DNA from: Octopus sinensis
Taxonomy: Eukaryota
Assembly (NCBI RefSeq): GCF_006345805.1
Contig: NW_021833695.1
Span: forward strand, 1-64,000
Reading direction: 5' to 3'
DNA: 64,000 nt
Shown piece after piece: positions 25,160-39,039 of the stretch. The notes below the pieces were generated by a model, which worked only from the letters and a program-made list of their open reading frames with translations, was not told where the DNA came from and ran no database searches. The position numbers were made by a program, and so were the translations under genes. The stretch's first letter is position 1; each line of letters begins with the position of its first letter.

Positions 25160-25433
25160 ATTATAAATATTATTAAAAGCCAAGAGAGAAGATGGAGATA
25201 AGATTAATAAAAAATTTATCAATACATTGACAATAACAGACCTACAATTGTTTCAGTTCATCACTTTTGCACACAAAATCAACAAAATTTAATTTAATTT
25301 AACTGAATCAATTTAATTAATTACTTCAAGACTGAATATCTTCTATGAAACAATTGTAGGTCTAGTATTGTCAAAGTATTGATAAACTTTTATTAATCTT
25401 ATCTCCATCTTCTCTTTTGGTTTTTGATAATAT

Positions 25434-25440
<7 letters not shown>
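25160..25440. repeat. Fold-back cassette with HHR relics at both inner ends
   Basis: Arms 25160-25255 and 25346-25440. Both begin TGAAACAATTGTAGGTC (GAAA, palindromic stem III, UA) and are preceded by decayed cores (CTGAATA; GTGATGA). Confidence 0.8.
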
Positions 25441-25473
<33 letters not shown>

Positions 25474-25477
<4 letters not shown>

Positions 25478-26772
25478 TTTGGCAACTAAGTTCCCGCAGT
25501 TTTTTAAATTAAACATTTTAAAAGGATTAATAGAAAATAACAACTAATTAATCAATAATGTTTTCACCCTTGTTGTTTACAGCCTCTTCTCAACGTTCAA
25601 CAAGATTTTCAATACCTCGTTGATAGAAATCACCCGATTTCGACTCGAAAATTTGATCCAACTAAGCTCTCAATTCTGCATCAGTATTGAATGAACCTCC
25701 GTGAATAGGATTTGAAAGAGATCGAAAGAGGTGGAAATCCGTTGGTGCCAAGTCAGGAGATTACAGCGGGTGTGGCAGCACTTCCCAGCCATGCGTTTGA
25801 AAGGTTTTCTTGGTCATATTGGCGATATGAGGACGGGCGTTGTCATGCAGCAGAAGAAAACCATGCTGATGATTAGGTCTTATCTCTTGAATAGCCGTGT
25901 TGAGTCGTTCCATCTGTTGAACATAGAGTTCCGCGATGACTGTTTGGTTTCGTTCAAGCAATTCGTAATGGATAATCCCTTCCCAGTCCCACCATACGCA
26001 CAACATCGTTTTACGCAGATGAAGATCTTGTTTCACGCGCGGTGTCGCTTGTTTACCGGGGCTAAGCCATTCCTTACACTTTTTCATATTGATGTACAGG
26101 CACCATTTTTCGTCGCCAGTAACGATTCGGTAAAGAAATCGTTGCTTGTGTCCATGAGTTGAGTGATGATGAGCAAGCAAACCAGCGGAGATTGTGGCTC
26201 GTTGATTTTTGTTGTTGTCACTTAAAGCATGCAGAACCCATGCGCCATACTTCTAAACCTTTTACCATCGAGTGAAGATGCTTCTGTATAGCAGTGTGTG
26301 AGCATTCCATTTTCTCTGCCAGTTCCCTTTTCGTTTGACGAGAATTTTCGTGCAAAAGTTGATTTAATCGCTTTTCATCGAACTCAACTGGACGGCCTGA
26401 ACGAGGTGCGTCTTTGAGGTCAGAATTTCTGTTTTTGAACTTGGCATACCAATCACGAACGGTTATTTCAGCTATGACACCCTCTCCATTCACAGCACAA
26501 ATGTCACGAGCAGCTGCTGCGGCCTTAGAACCTTGATTAAAAGCAAAAAGAAAGAGGTGTGAAAATGCTCGTTTTCCTTAACTTGACATTCCATTTAAAA
26601 TAATCTGAAAATAAAGAAAAATTAACTAAAATTAACTAGAAAAAAAAATCAAAACAAAATAGATTCCAAAATGATTCAAAAATAGAATTCTCGAAGAAAA
26701 TAGATTCCAAAATTTAAAAACGCAATAAATTCCAAAATTTTTAAAAACCGCGGAAACTTAGTTGCCAACCCA

Positions 26773-26773
<1 letters not shown>
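25474..26773 (-). mobile_element. Full-length (1.3 kb) mariner DNA transposon with mellifera-like TIRs
   Basis: TIRs TTAGTTTGGCAACTAAGTTCCCGCAGTTTTT and AAAAACCGCGGAAACTTAGTTGCCAACCCAA. TA at the left end, TG at the right. Confidence 0.92.
25548..26594 (-). pseudogene. Mariner DD34D transposase pseudogene
   Basis: MECQVKENEHF...DAPRSGRP...IVTGDEKW...HDNARPH...HPL*SPDLAPTDFHLF...GENIID*, with frameshifts and a stop at YSPDL. Confidence 0.92.
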
Positions 26774-26815
<42 letters not shown>

Positions 26816-27368
26816 TATATATATATATATATACACACACACATACATATACATATATATATATACATAATATTCAGTAATTCAAAATACATACTCCGAC
26901 AGAGTATGTCATACTTATTGATTGCGGCATTCATTTTCACCGAATTGCTCAACAATATTCAGAAATAGTGACATATTACCATAGTGAAGGAATAAACCTA
27001 AAATATTTAATGCTCATACAATATATATATATATATATATATTAAGTAGGTGCGCATAGCGATTCCTTTTGCCAGAGAACGTTACGTTTCAAAAACTGTA
27101 TTTCTCAAAAGCCGGTGTGAAATGGAAGACGCATTCTAGCGTCATGTATTCATGTGATGTTGAATATAACACAGCACGAAATGGTCAAATGAGACACAAA
27201 ATGGACTGCTATGTATATATATATATATTTAGATAAAACAGCCCTACGACGGAAATGTCACTTAAATTACACTATATGGAATTGCTCCTTCAAGACTGCA
27301 TAATCGATAATAATATACATTCACACTCACACAGTCAGACACAAAAATAATTTGTATGATGCATATAA

Positions 27369-27454
<86 letters not shown>

Positions 27455-27624
27455 ATGCGTGTGTGTGCGTATGGGTGTATAGATAGATAGATAAACAGAT
27501 AGACATTTTTACATACTTACATATACATATATATATATATATATGCGAGTGTGAATGTATGGGTGTACGGGTGTATAGATAGATAGATAATAGATAGATA
27601 GATAGATAGATAGATAGATGGATG

Positions 27625-27658
<34 letters not shown>

Positions 27659-27735
27659 AAAACAGACAGACAGATAGACAGATAGATAGATAGACAGATA
27701 GATAGATAGATAGATAGATAGAAAAACAGACAGAC

Positions 27736-27789
<54 letters not shown>

Positions 27790-28625
27790 ACAGATTGACA
27801 GACATTTTTACATATTTACATATATATATATATATAGTTATATATATTCTATATATATATAGAGAGATAATATATATATATATACATACATATATATATA
27901 TATATATATAGAATATATATATATACGTAATTTAGAATAATATATATTTATATGGCTATTATTGATGAGAAGCATATATATATATATACACGTTATAATA
28001 CACACACAAACACACACACAAGCACGGGGTGTATAACAAACAAAGAGAAAGAAACGAAGCAATTATATTGGAAAAATTATAAAGAGGGTGCGGTAAACAG
28101 GAGAAAATAAAGATTTTTCAGAGAAAATTGTGATTCGATTTAAAAAGAAAAAAACACACATTAAGATAAGAACAAGAAGAAGAAGAAATTGTGTGCGTAA
28201 AACGGGTGTAGCATTGTTGTGTGATAGGGATGTGTGGCGTTGGGATGAAGGATTTGGGAAAAAAGCCAAATATTGGCAAATTTGATTTGCTAAAGAGTTC
28301 GCTACTAAAAAAGAAGAAGGAAAGAAAGAATTGTGATTTAGGAAATAGAATGACAAGTCTTATGTCTATAAACAAAAGATTTTGAAGAAATAAAACTTGG
28401 TGAGCAATAAAATAAACAATAACATTAAATGAATGTAAAATAAAATAAAAGCCCTCGTGACCATCTTCAGATTAAATACTCCCAGAAGAATCAAAAATAA
28501 TATCGCAGGAATAAATGTTCTTGTCAGTTCCGTAGGCAGTGCTTAAAACCAGTTTGAGAAATTATTTTAAGTATCTGCTCATTAATTCTCAAATAATATG
28601 ATGTTTCAATTCCTATCAAGTTACT

Positions 28626-28712
<87 letters not shown>

Positions 28713-28713
<1 letters not shown>

Positions 28714-28937
28714 AGCTGGCGGAAACGTTAGCACGCCGGGCGAAATGCGTAGCCGTATTTCGTTTGTCGCTACGTTCAGAGTTCGAATTCCGCCGAGGTC
28801 GACTTTGCCTTTCATCCTTTCGGGGTCGATTAAATAAGTACCAGTTACGCACTGGGGTCGATGTAATCGACTTAATCCGTTCGTCTGTCCTTGTTTGTCC
28901 CCTCTGTGTTTAGCCCCTTGTGGGTAGTAAAGAAATA
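28713..28937 (+). mobile_element. Family-B SINE inserted in a (TAG/TGG)n tract
   Basis: Near-consensus copy. Confidence 0.9.
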
Positions 28938-28959
28938 GGTGGTGGTGGTGGTAGTAGTG

Positions 28960-29024
<65 letters not shown>

Positions 29025-29533
29025 AGTACTAGTAGTAGTAGTAGCAGTAGTAGTGGGGTGGTGGTGGTGGTAGTAGTAGTGGTGGTGGTGGTAGTAATAG
29101 TAGTAGTAGTAGTGGTGGTGGTGGTGGTGGGAGTAGTAGTAGTAGTAGTAGTAACGTTATCATCATAAGTAGCATCATCATCATCTTTATTATTCGCCGG
29201 GGTCAACTTCGACTCTAATTCCTCCTGCTTCGATAAAATACAGTAAGGCTCAAGTAATACTGATGTCGAGACGATCGACTAATATCTCGTCCCGAATTTC
29301 CTGGCTTTAAGCAGGTCATTATTGAGAAGCGCGAGTACTTTTCGGACAACATAGAGATCGGCGCGAAATGGGAAATGAAACAAACGCAAGATGTCGAGCG
29401 GTTGTAACCCACTTTCGAAAACGAGAAACAAACAATAGAAAAAGAAAGAACTCTTCACAGACGAAACTGGATTCACCAGCCTTCAGGAATGCATGGAAGA
29501 ATGAAGAGGTGTGTTGTAGAGAGAATGCGTATA

Positions 29534-29952
29534 GGCGCAGGAGTGGCTGTGTGGTAAGTAGCTTGCTTACCAACCACATGGTACCTGGTTCAGCCCCACT
29601 GCGTGGCACCGTGAGCAAGTGTCTTCTACTATAGCATCGAGCCGACCAAAGCCTTGTGAGTGGATTTGGTAGACGGAAACTGAAAGAAGCCCGTCGTATA
29701 TATTCATATATAATGTGTGTGTATATGTTTGTATTCTGTTTTTGTCCTCCCAACATCGCTTGACAACCGATGGTGGTGCGTTTACGTCCCCGTAACTTAG
29801 CGGTTCAGCAAAATGAGACCGATAGAGTAAGTACTAGGCTTACAAAGAATAAGTCCTGGAGTCGATTTGATCGACTAAAAGCGATGCTCCAGCAGCATGG
29901 TCACAGTCACATGACTGAAACAAGTAAAAGAGTAAAAGAGCAAGTAAAGAGT
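29534..29952 (+). mobile_element. Family-A SINE, full length
   Basis: ggcgcaggagtggctgtgtggtaag ... gtaaaagagtaaaagag tail. Confidence 0.9.
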
Positions 29953-30065
29953 AGATATGCCAGTCTTCTACCCTGATCAACGCAAGTGAATTGAAATTAC
30001 GCTGAGGTCCATTTTGCTTTCATGTTTCCGAGTTAGATAAAAATGACTGAAGCAATTAAATCGAT

Positions 30066-30532
<467 letters not shown>

Positions 30533-30597
30533 AACTAACATTCCCCCCTACACCACTATTGTTATCTTTGTGTCTTAATTAATAGCATTATTATTAA

Positions 30598-31030
30598 GGT
30601 GTTGGGCTGGCCGATTTATAAGAGCGTCTGAATAAATGGTATTAGTTATTTGTTTCGTATCTTTTCTTTGTGTTTTAAGTTAGCTCACATCGAGATCAGT
30701 GTCCTCGAAGTTTTTTGAATGGAGTACCTATCAAGGACTGAGGGTTGGTGTTGTCGACTAAGCCTCCAACAGTCAAAATTGTTGCTCTTGCACCTAAATT
30801 AAAAACAATTGTTTTTTATCAAGTTACTGAGCTGACAGAAAGATTAGAGCGTCGACACAAACAAGCTTGTAGTACTTACTTATTCGTGCTAGAGTTTAAA
30901 TGCGGCAAGATACACGTCCCCTTTTCATCCTTTATGGGTCTATGAAATAAAGTATCAGCCAAGTACGGACGGTTGATGCATGCCAATCCTAGACCACTTG
31001 TATTTATGAAGCCAACTCTTATTGAAGCTA
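30598..31030 (+). mobile_element. Two highly diverged family-B-like SINEs
   Basis: Residual heads (gggctggcc..; gagctgacagaaagattagagcgtcg) and a ttttcatcctt..gggtc core. Confidence 0.45.
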
Positions 31031-31433
31031 TTTTGAGCAAAGAAACAATCAATAAAGAATGTATGTATGTATGCATGCATGCATATATATATATATGTAT
31101 GTAAGTATGTATGTATGTATGTATGTATGTATGGATGGATGGATGGATGGATGGATGGATGGATGGATGGACGGATGGATGGATGGATGTGTATGTATGT
31201 ATATATATATAATTCAAATAGCGGTTATGTTGTCCTCATTAATAACTTAAATATCTCCAATTTCTTATTCTTCATATAAATATGAATATATATATATATG
31301 TATATATATATAAATAATATATAAATATATGCATACACACACACGCATGCATACATGATTAAGAAGATAATCAATTAATGACCTTATCAGTGGCCAGCAT
31401 GTAATAAACACCATATAAGTAAAAATTAATATA

Positions 31434-31912
31434 AATACATAATTATATAGATATAATACTAATAAAGAGTACTGAGAAACAGCATCTACATGCTAGAGTT
31501 AGACGTCAAATGACTCTAAAAGCTACTTCGAATCACACTCCATTAGCACAAGGCTGAAAACAATGAAAATTAATAAAAGAGATTTAGTAAAAATATTTTT
31601 TTCCTTTAGGTTAATTCGAGATCGTCCGATTTTGGTATGAGTACGTATATATATTTACATTTATATACATTTTGTATATTCTACTGAGGACGGTAAAATA
31701 ATTGTATTACTAAACCAGAAATTGGATGATCTAGAATTAACCTCAAAAAATATTTTTGCAAAATCTCTTTTATTCATTTTCCTCGCTTTCAGCCTTGTGA
31801 TTATGAAATGTAATTTGAAATGGTCTTTAGAGTCATTTGAGGTCTATCTCTAGCATGTAGGTGTTGCTTATTAGCACCCGGGATTATAATTATATCTACA
31901 TAATTATGTGTG
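31434..31912. mobile_element. Fold-back PLE cassette with ~200-bp imperfect arms and an HHR
   Basis: Arms ~31434-31645 and ~31708-31912 (e.g. ctacatgctagag/ctctagcatgtag, caaatgactctaaa/tttagagtcatttg). Confidence 0.75.
31678..31737 (+). ncRNA. Type I hammerhead ribozyme motif, canonical core, damaged stem II
   Basis: Stem I AUUCUA/UAGAAU; CUGAGGA 31684-90; GGU..ACC stem II; GAAA 31718-21; stem III AUU-GGAU-GAU; predicted cleavage after AUC (31731). Confidence 0.6.
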
Positions 31913-31969
31913 TTTGTGTGTGTGTGTATAAAAGTAGAACTCAAAATATGAATATATACTCAATAACTC

Positions 31970-32310
<341 letters not shown>

Positions 32311-32317
32311 ATATATA

Positions 32318-32745
32318 CAGGATGCGTAAGATATTTGAGGATAAATTTATGTTCATAAATAAAACAGATATATAATAATAGATAATTTTATTAATCAAAA
32401 AATGCTGAGGATAAAAATAAACCTTTTCTATAATGTTATTCAATAAAGCCACCTTCAGCTACAACAAATGCTTCTATATGAGATCTAAATTATCTACTTG
32501 CTCAAATCAAGTGGTCCTGGTTCATTTTGGACATTACTCTGACTATGGCAGCTTTCAAAGAATCTTTGGTGTTATGGGTATGTTCATTGACCTCTCCCTC
32601 AACAACACTCCATGTATAATATTCCAATGGATTGAGATCTGGGGAATTAGGAGTCCAAATGTTAGGGGTTGTGTGATCATGAAAATCTTCAGCCATCCAT
32701 TCCTGTGTTACTAGAGCCATGTGTGATAGTGCATATGGCCTTCCA
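32318..32745 (-). pseudogene. Tc1/mariner superfamily (maT/DD37D-like) transposase 3' fragment
   Basis: TQEWMAEDFHDHTTPNIWTPNSPDLNPLEYYTWSVVE...KDSLKAAIVR. A TA-CAG terminus sits at 32316-32320. Confidence 0.75.
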
Positions 32746-32866
32746 TTGTATACACTGTCTATCTAGGGCTTAACAATTATCTCTATGTGGTTCGTAAGAA
32801 AGCTATTTACCACACAGCCACTCTATAGTAGAAAATATTATTATTATCATTATTTTTATTATTATT

Positions 32867-33409
32867 GAGTGAGAGAGCAGTTCATGCCATCAAAGTGAAA
32901 CTGGGGTAAAATATACGAAGCCCAATATACCCATCATGACTACCTGTCTGATAAGGGTACACCAGGCACATGCATCACAACCATATGTGCGCGACATGGT
33001 GATCTCATATCAAGATAAACAGCACATGACCTTGCAGGTGGGGCCCAGTTAGAATTTCCTTCAGGTTGAGTAGCCCATCCCGCTCAAACGGTCCCTGAAT
33101 AAGGGTTGTTTAAGGATGTTGAAAAAACCACCCATGTTTCCAGAGGTTAATTTTTTAAACCCCAAAGAATCCCTCTCAACACATGGCTATGATGCTCCCC
33201 CACTACTTCTGCTCGTGATCAGAGATGCACATACCGTCAGCCACTAAGGGACATGCTCAACTGGTTAAGGTCAAGCAACTGACAAGCAAATCTGTGGTAT
33301 TGAGCAGAATATTTGCTGTAGCCCATCTTTTATACCAAGACAAAACAATGTACATGATAACACTTCCAATCAGTTAAGATCAGAAGCCATGAGAGCCACT
33401 GCCTGGTAC

Positions 33410-33410
<1 letters not shown>
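32867..33410 (-). mobile_element. 544-bp non-coding retroposon segment in a (TAA)n array; possibly an R4/Dong 3' UTR or derived SINE
   Basis: A complex, balanced-GC block sharply bounded by (TTA)n on both sides. The minus strand ends ...ctctctcactc-AATAATAAT. Confidence 0.55.
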
Positions 33411-33466
<56 letters not shown>

Positions 33467-34155
33467 GTGAAGTTTATGTCACTATTTCGAAGCGCTCTAT
33501 AGAACTGATATATTTGTCGACATTGCTCATTCAAAAGGGTTTTTTTCCGTTGATGCGCTCTGTTCTGCAACGAAAATGACCAGTTAATCATCTAATTCTT
33601 TTGGCCCTTATTGGGATCCACACATTCCTTTTCCAACGTTCGAAAATTCTTCTTCGAAAGAAAAACAAAAAAGCAAACAAACACACAAACAAAAAAAAAA
33701 AGTTCGTGTGTTTTAATATGGCGTAGTTTGTTTCTGCAAACGATAAAGAGAAGAGAAGAAAGCAAAAAAGCATCAGGTGTGTGAAGTAACAAAGTCAGTC
33801 AGCTTTTAGAAAGAGGAAAACATGGAACTTTTCCCCCCTTTTTATTATAGAAGTTTGTTGCAGCGGCAACAACGTTACGACCGGCGGCTTCACATCACCA
33901 TCAACAATTAAGCTAGCACCGGTAATATTGAAAAAAGATAGCAACGACGATAGCAGCACGGAGAAAATGTAGAGGTTAAGTTTGGCGTTCCCGACAGATG
34001 ATATAGCCATTTTTATAGCCAGGAAGTCGCCGGTGTCAGCAACAATGGTAACAATACTATCAGCATCAGCATGCACAACACAACCACCATCCAAAACAAC
34101 AAAACAATGCCTCAGCCACAGCGGCTACCAGCATCACTATTGCCATCATCACCGT

Positions 34156-34237
<82 letters not shown>

Positions 34238-34249
34238 AATAATAATACA

Positions 34250-34352
34250 TATTTCTTTATTACCCACAAGGGGCTATACATAGAAGGGACAAACAAGGAC
34301 ATACAAATGGATTAAGTTGATTACATCGACCCCAGTGTGTAACTGGTACTTA
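34250..34352 (-). mobile_element. Family-B SINE 3' fragment
   Basis: tttctttattacccacaaggggcta...ccccagtgtgtaactggtactt. Confidence 0.8.
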
Positions 34353-34672
34353 CTAATAATAATAATACCACAACAAGCATACTAGCGCCAACGATGCAAA
34401 TAACAAAAGCACTTCTGTTAGACGGAATATCGTTTGCGCAAACAACAGGTTTCGAGAAAGATGATAAAAGTTGAGCATTTGGGGAAATAATGTGGTCCAG
34501 AAGCGAATTTCTTCTAATAGGAGAGAAGTATTATGTAGAATCTTGTTCCAAAATTCAAAGAATTTTGCATGTTGGAGCACAGTGCGAAATTCTATCCAGG
34601 ACGGAAATGTCAGCTATGGACTAACACCATAGGTGTAGATTCTTTGGCAAAATGGCATGTCCTAAATAGCAT

Positions 34673-34990
34673 GGGAGGCGCAATGGCCCAGTGGTTAGGG
34701 CAACGGACTCGTAGTCGGAGGATCGCGGTTTCGATTCCCAGATACGGCGTTGTGTGTGTTTTTATTGAGCGAAAACACCTGGAGCTTCACGATGCTCCAG
34801 CAGGGAGTGGTAGCAACCCCTGTTGTACTCTTTCGCCCCAACTTTCTCTCACTCTTTCTTCCTGTTTCTTGAGTAACGCTGCAATGGACTGGCGTCCCGT
34901 CCAGCTTAGGGGAACACATACGCCGCAGTAACAGGGAAATCGGATCCACGAGCCTGGCTAGGCTTGAAAAGGGCGCATAAATAAATAAAA
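34673..34990 (+). mobile_element. Family-D SINE, full length
   Basis: A box TGGCCCAGTGG, B box-like GTTTCGATTCC, V-like core, (TAAA) tail. Confidence 0.88.
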
Positions 34991-35329
34991 ATAACTAGCA
35001 TGAGGTTTCCATTAGTGCTTCTGTTATACTCTCTTTCTCTCCTTCAACACCAATAGTCCTTCCTCTAACACACCTCATCCTTCTCTCCCTCCCTCCTCTT
35101 CCCCCCTCTCTCTTTCTCTCTGTGGTCAGATGTAATATCCTTTTCAGAAGCGAATCATTTCTAATAGGAGAGGAGTAGTGTCACGTAGAAAGCTATGATT
35201 GGTGCTATACCTAACGCTGCGTCAAACCAAAATGTGCCGCCATGGTTTGTCGAACACCGTTCGGCAAGGCAGAAAAGGAAAACGCAACATTACAAGGAGA
35301 AAGTAAAGGCAATCTCTACAATCTAAATC

Positions 35330-35472
35330 AAGCGTGGCTGTGTGCTAAGAAGTTTGTTTCCAACCACATGGTACCGTGTTCAATCCCACTGCGTGAAACC
35401 TTCTAATATCTCCTCGGGGTGACCAATGTTTTGTGAGAGGATTTGTTAGACAGAAACTAAAAGATGCCTGTG

Positions 35473-35509
<37 letters not shown>

Positions 35510-35720
35510 TGTTTGTCCCCCACCACTATTTGACAACCCGGTATTGGTGTGTTTACGTCCCCGTAACATAGCAGTTCGACAAAGGACTGATAAAATTAAT
35601 GTCAGGTTTCACAACAAAAATAAGTACTGGGGCGATTCAATCGGCTAAAAATTCTCCAAGGTGATGCTCCAGCATGACCGTAATCCAATGACTGAAACAA
35701 GTAAAAGATAGAAGATAAAA
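35330..35720 (+). mobile_element. Diverged family-A SINE
   Basis: Consensus blocks. Confidence 0.75.
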
Positions 35721-36009
35721 CGATGCATCACGTGTGCTCCAGATTAATTTATTCAATTCATACCTGTGATTAATTTCGGTTGGAGTTACGCGACTGCATT
35801 ACTTTATACCTCTACAATTATCTTTGAGAATACTTCGCGCTTTCGGGGGTTGTTGACGCGCGCTTGGAGTGTGTTGTAGTGTTCGATAGGAAACTTAGAG
35901 CACAGAAGCCTTGCAAACATCTTCAGGTAATTCAAACTACTTGAAACGTACGAGGTTTATCAAGATTGAACTTTGAGATAAAGTTAACATTTACACAAAC
36001 AAATGTTAG

Positions 36010-36176
36010 TACAACTACCACTAGCTCTACGTTTAGCACTATTTCAACTACCACTGCCAATACTATCACTGCAGCGACTACTACCACTACTACTACTGCT
36101 GCTACTGCTGCTGCTACCACTACGACTATTACTACTACTACTACTGCGACTGCTACTGCTACTACTACTGCTGCTG

Positions 36177-36214
<38 letters not shown>

Positions 36215-36497
36215 GCGACTGCTACTGCTACTACTACTACTATTGCTGTTACTGTTGCTTCTGTTACTACTACTACTACTACTACTGCTGCTGCTGTTGT
36301 TAATGCTGCTTCTGCTACTACTACAACTACTACTGCTCCTGCTGCTGCTGCTACTACTACTACTACTACTACTACAGCTGCTGCTGCTACTGCTGCTTCT
36401 GCTACTACTACTACTACTACTACTACCACTACTATTATAGCAGCTTCTGCTGCTGCTGCTACTACTACTACACTTACTACTACTACAACTACTACTT
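36010..36497. repeat. Compound (ACT/GCT)n microsatellite
   Basis: Direct reading. Confidence 0.9.
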
Positions 36498-36599
36498 TGC
36501 TCCCAAAACTTTTCCAGATTGCTGATTTTTCGGAACCCGAGTGGTCACCTTGGTCAACATAGACTAAATTCAGCAAATATTGAATTTATTTAGATCCCG

Positions 36600-36893
36600 T
36601 GATCGTGATCGACATGACTATCGGATGCTGTTATATATCGCTGGTCACAATGCACTTTGAATCGTTTTAGCTTTTGAGCGATGCTATCCAGCTGTCGAGG
36701 CGAGCAGGCCAACGTCACCCCACTCCCCACTGATCAAAAAGCTTGCCCATCGCAGGGTTAACCATATGCAGCTGAGGGAAATAGAGCAACGTAAAATGAA
36801 GTGTCTTGCTCAAAAGCACATCACTGAGCCGTTCTGGGAATCGAAACCCCTTTCTCACGATCGTGAGCGCAACACTCTTAACCACTAAGCCAC
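36600..36893 (-). mobile_element. tRNA-derived SINE with a family-C-like head and a different tail (family E)
   Basis: Minus strand gtggcttagtggttaagagtgttgcgctcacgatcgtgag...ttgagcaagacacttc. The tail atcgctggtcacaat also occurs at 41727-41780. Confidence 0.65.
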
Positions 36894-38283
36894 TTAAAGG
36901 AAATATAGGTATCTGTATATTAGTGTAAATTAGTGAGGATTATAAGGGTTTCCGGACCTTCAGTGTCCAGAAAGTCGGTGTTGTACCTGTGATAGCTGGG
37001 TAGATAGAAGAATGGCGGGACTGTTCGCCGACGGTTCGTATCCTGTTAGAGACACTCTGCTGTGTCCAAGACCAGCAACACCTTTCATTTATTCTTCAAC
37101 AGTTCTCTTTGTCCTGGGGGAAAAAATAGGTGCTATTATACAAACACTGATATAATCGATTTATAGGTTTGGCACAAGGAGTATGATCGATTGATTGAAT
37201 TAGTTCAATACATAAACAGTACTTATCGAATCAAAATTGAGGGATGAAATACAAATTCCTATCTAGAACAAAAATGTCAGGCATGGACTGACACCATTGC
37301 AGATGCATTGGCAAAATGACTTGTCCTAAATATCCAGTAAGAACCATGACGTTTCCATTGGTGTTTCTACTACACCTTCTGCCTCTCCTTCTACACCAAT
37401 ACCTCTTTCTTTATCACTCAACCTCCTCCTCCTCCAACACAGCTCACCTCTCTACCTCCCCCTTTCTGTCTTTCACTCTCTCTTTCCGTATCTTTCCATC
37501 TTCCATCCTACTCCCCACTCTTCCTTCTCCTGTGCAACACACCTTTCTCTATCACAGCATACCTCTTCTTTCATTGTGCAAATATCATACTATCACTTAC
37601 AAGACCAAAATCAGGCGTCGAAATGGCAGAATCGATAGCTCGCCGGACAAAATGCTTAGTGACATTTAGTCCGACTTTATGTTCTGAGCTCAAATTCCAC
37701 CGCCTTTTGTCCCTTCAGGGTCGATCAAATAAGCACAGTTTGAGTACAGGGGTGGTTGTGATCGAATAACTCTTACTCTGAAATTGCTGGACTTATTATA
37801 CTTCACTAGCTGCTATTTCTAGCACTGTGAGACTGTTTAGAATAGAGGCTCCCCTCGTTGATTCGTGTTAGATTATTAAATACATTAAGTGTAAATGACG
37901 GTACTAAATCCATTCCAGCATAATATTAATATAGGAAGTGTGGTGGAGGGGAGGGCTGGTGGTAAAGGAAGATGTTATGTCGTGGTGGTGGTGGTGGTGG
38001 TGGTGGTGGTGGTTTTGGTGGTGGAAGATGGCGTGCTGGAGGGAGAGAGAGAGGTGTTTCGATTGAGCGAGGGATAATGGGAGAGAAGAGTTAGTATGAG
38101 AGAGTAGAGGGAGGAGTGGAAGAAGTTGTTTAGAAGAAAGGATGATATGAAAGGAGAGGGGATGTATTGTAGTAGAGAGGGGAGAGAGAGAGGGAGGGAG
38201 AGAGAGAGAGGTGTACCGTAATAAGGAATACGGGTATATCGTTTGGTAGAAGGAATAGAGGTTTGATAGAGGGAGAAGTATGG

Positions 38284-38328
<45 letters not shown>

Positions 38329-39039
38329 AAGAGAGAGAGACAGAAAGAGAGAGAAAAGAGGGGAGAGGTGTGCTGTGATGTAGAAAAGAGAGATGGAGAA
38401 AGAGACAGGCAGACAGACAGAAGTGTAAGGGAAAAGGGGGAGCTAATGTAGTAGAAAGGGAGAAAGTGTACTAGAAAGAGAGGGGTGATATATTGTAGAG
38501 ATAGGGGGAAGAAGGAGAAAAGGGTGAGCTGTTATGAGATTGAGAGGGCAGCGGGAAAGGTATAATATAATGGAGAGAGAGGTAGAGAGAGAGAGAGCTG
38601 AGCTTTGATGGAAAAGTGGTGTTTGAAGTGAGAGGGTGGAACATAGTATAAAAGAAGAGAAGGTAGTGTGTTGGCTAGAAAGGTGTAATACGAAGGGAGA
38701 GAAAGACAGAAAGAAAGAGGGTTGAGAGAGAAGGAGAGAGAGAGAGCGTGAGGTGAGCTTTGATGGAGGAAGAGGTAAGTGTGATAGAGTGGTGGTGGGG
38801 CGAAGGAGATAGTATAGTAGAAAGGAAGGTGGAGTATCGGCGAGAGAGGTGTGCTGTGAATGCATCTATTGATAAAAAGAAATTTTTGTGAAAAGAACCA
38901 TCGATGCGCGGTGGAGAATGTCTGAAACCAATGATTGGTTCCAAGACAAAGTTCTGATCATAAATATCGATATATAAATGGCAACAGGGATTAATCAATA
39001 ACATAAATCGACAAGTTCTTCTTGACTTATCTGCTGGTC

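Noticed and set aside
33795-34094. 99-aa non-repetitive ORF on the minus strand
   Set aside because: Non-ATG start, no recognisable homology, and within chance length.
36940-36990. Minus-strand CCGAC..GGAC/GTCC..GAAA resembling the 18134 HHR
   Set aside because: The core and stems I and III are too degenerate to support a call.
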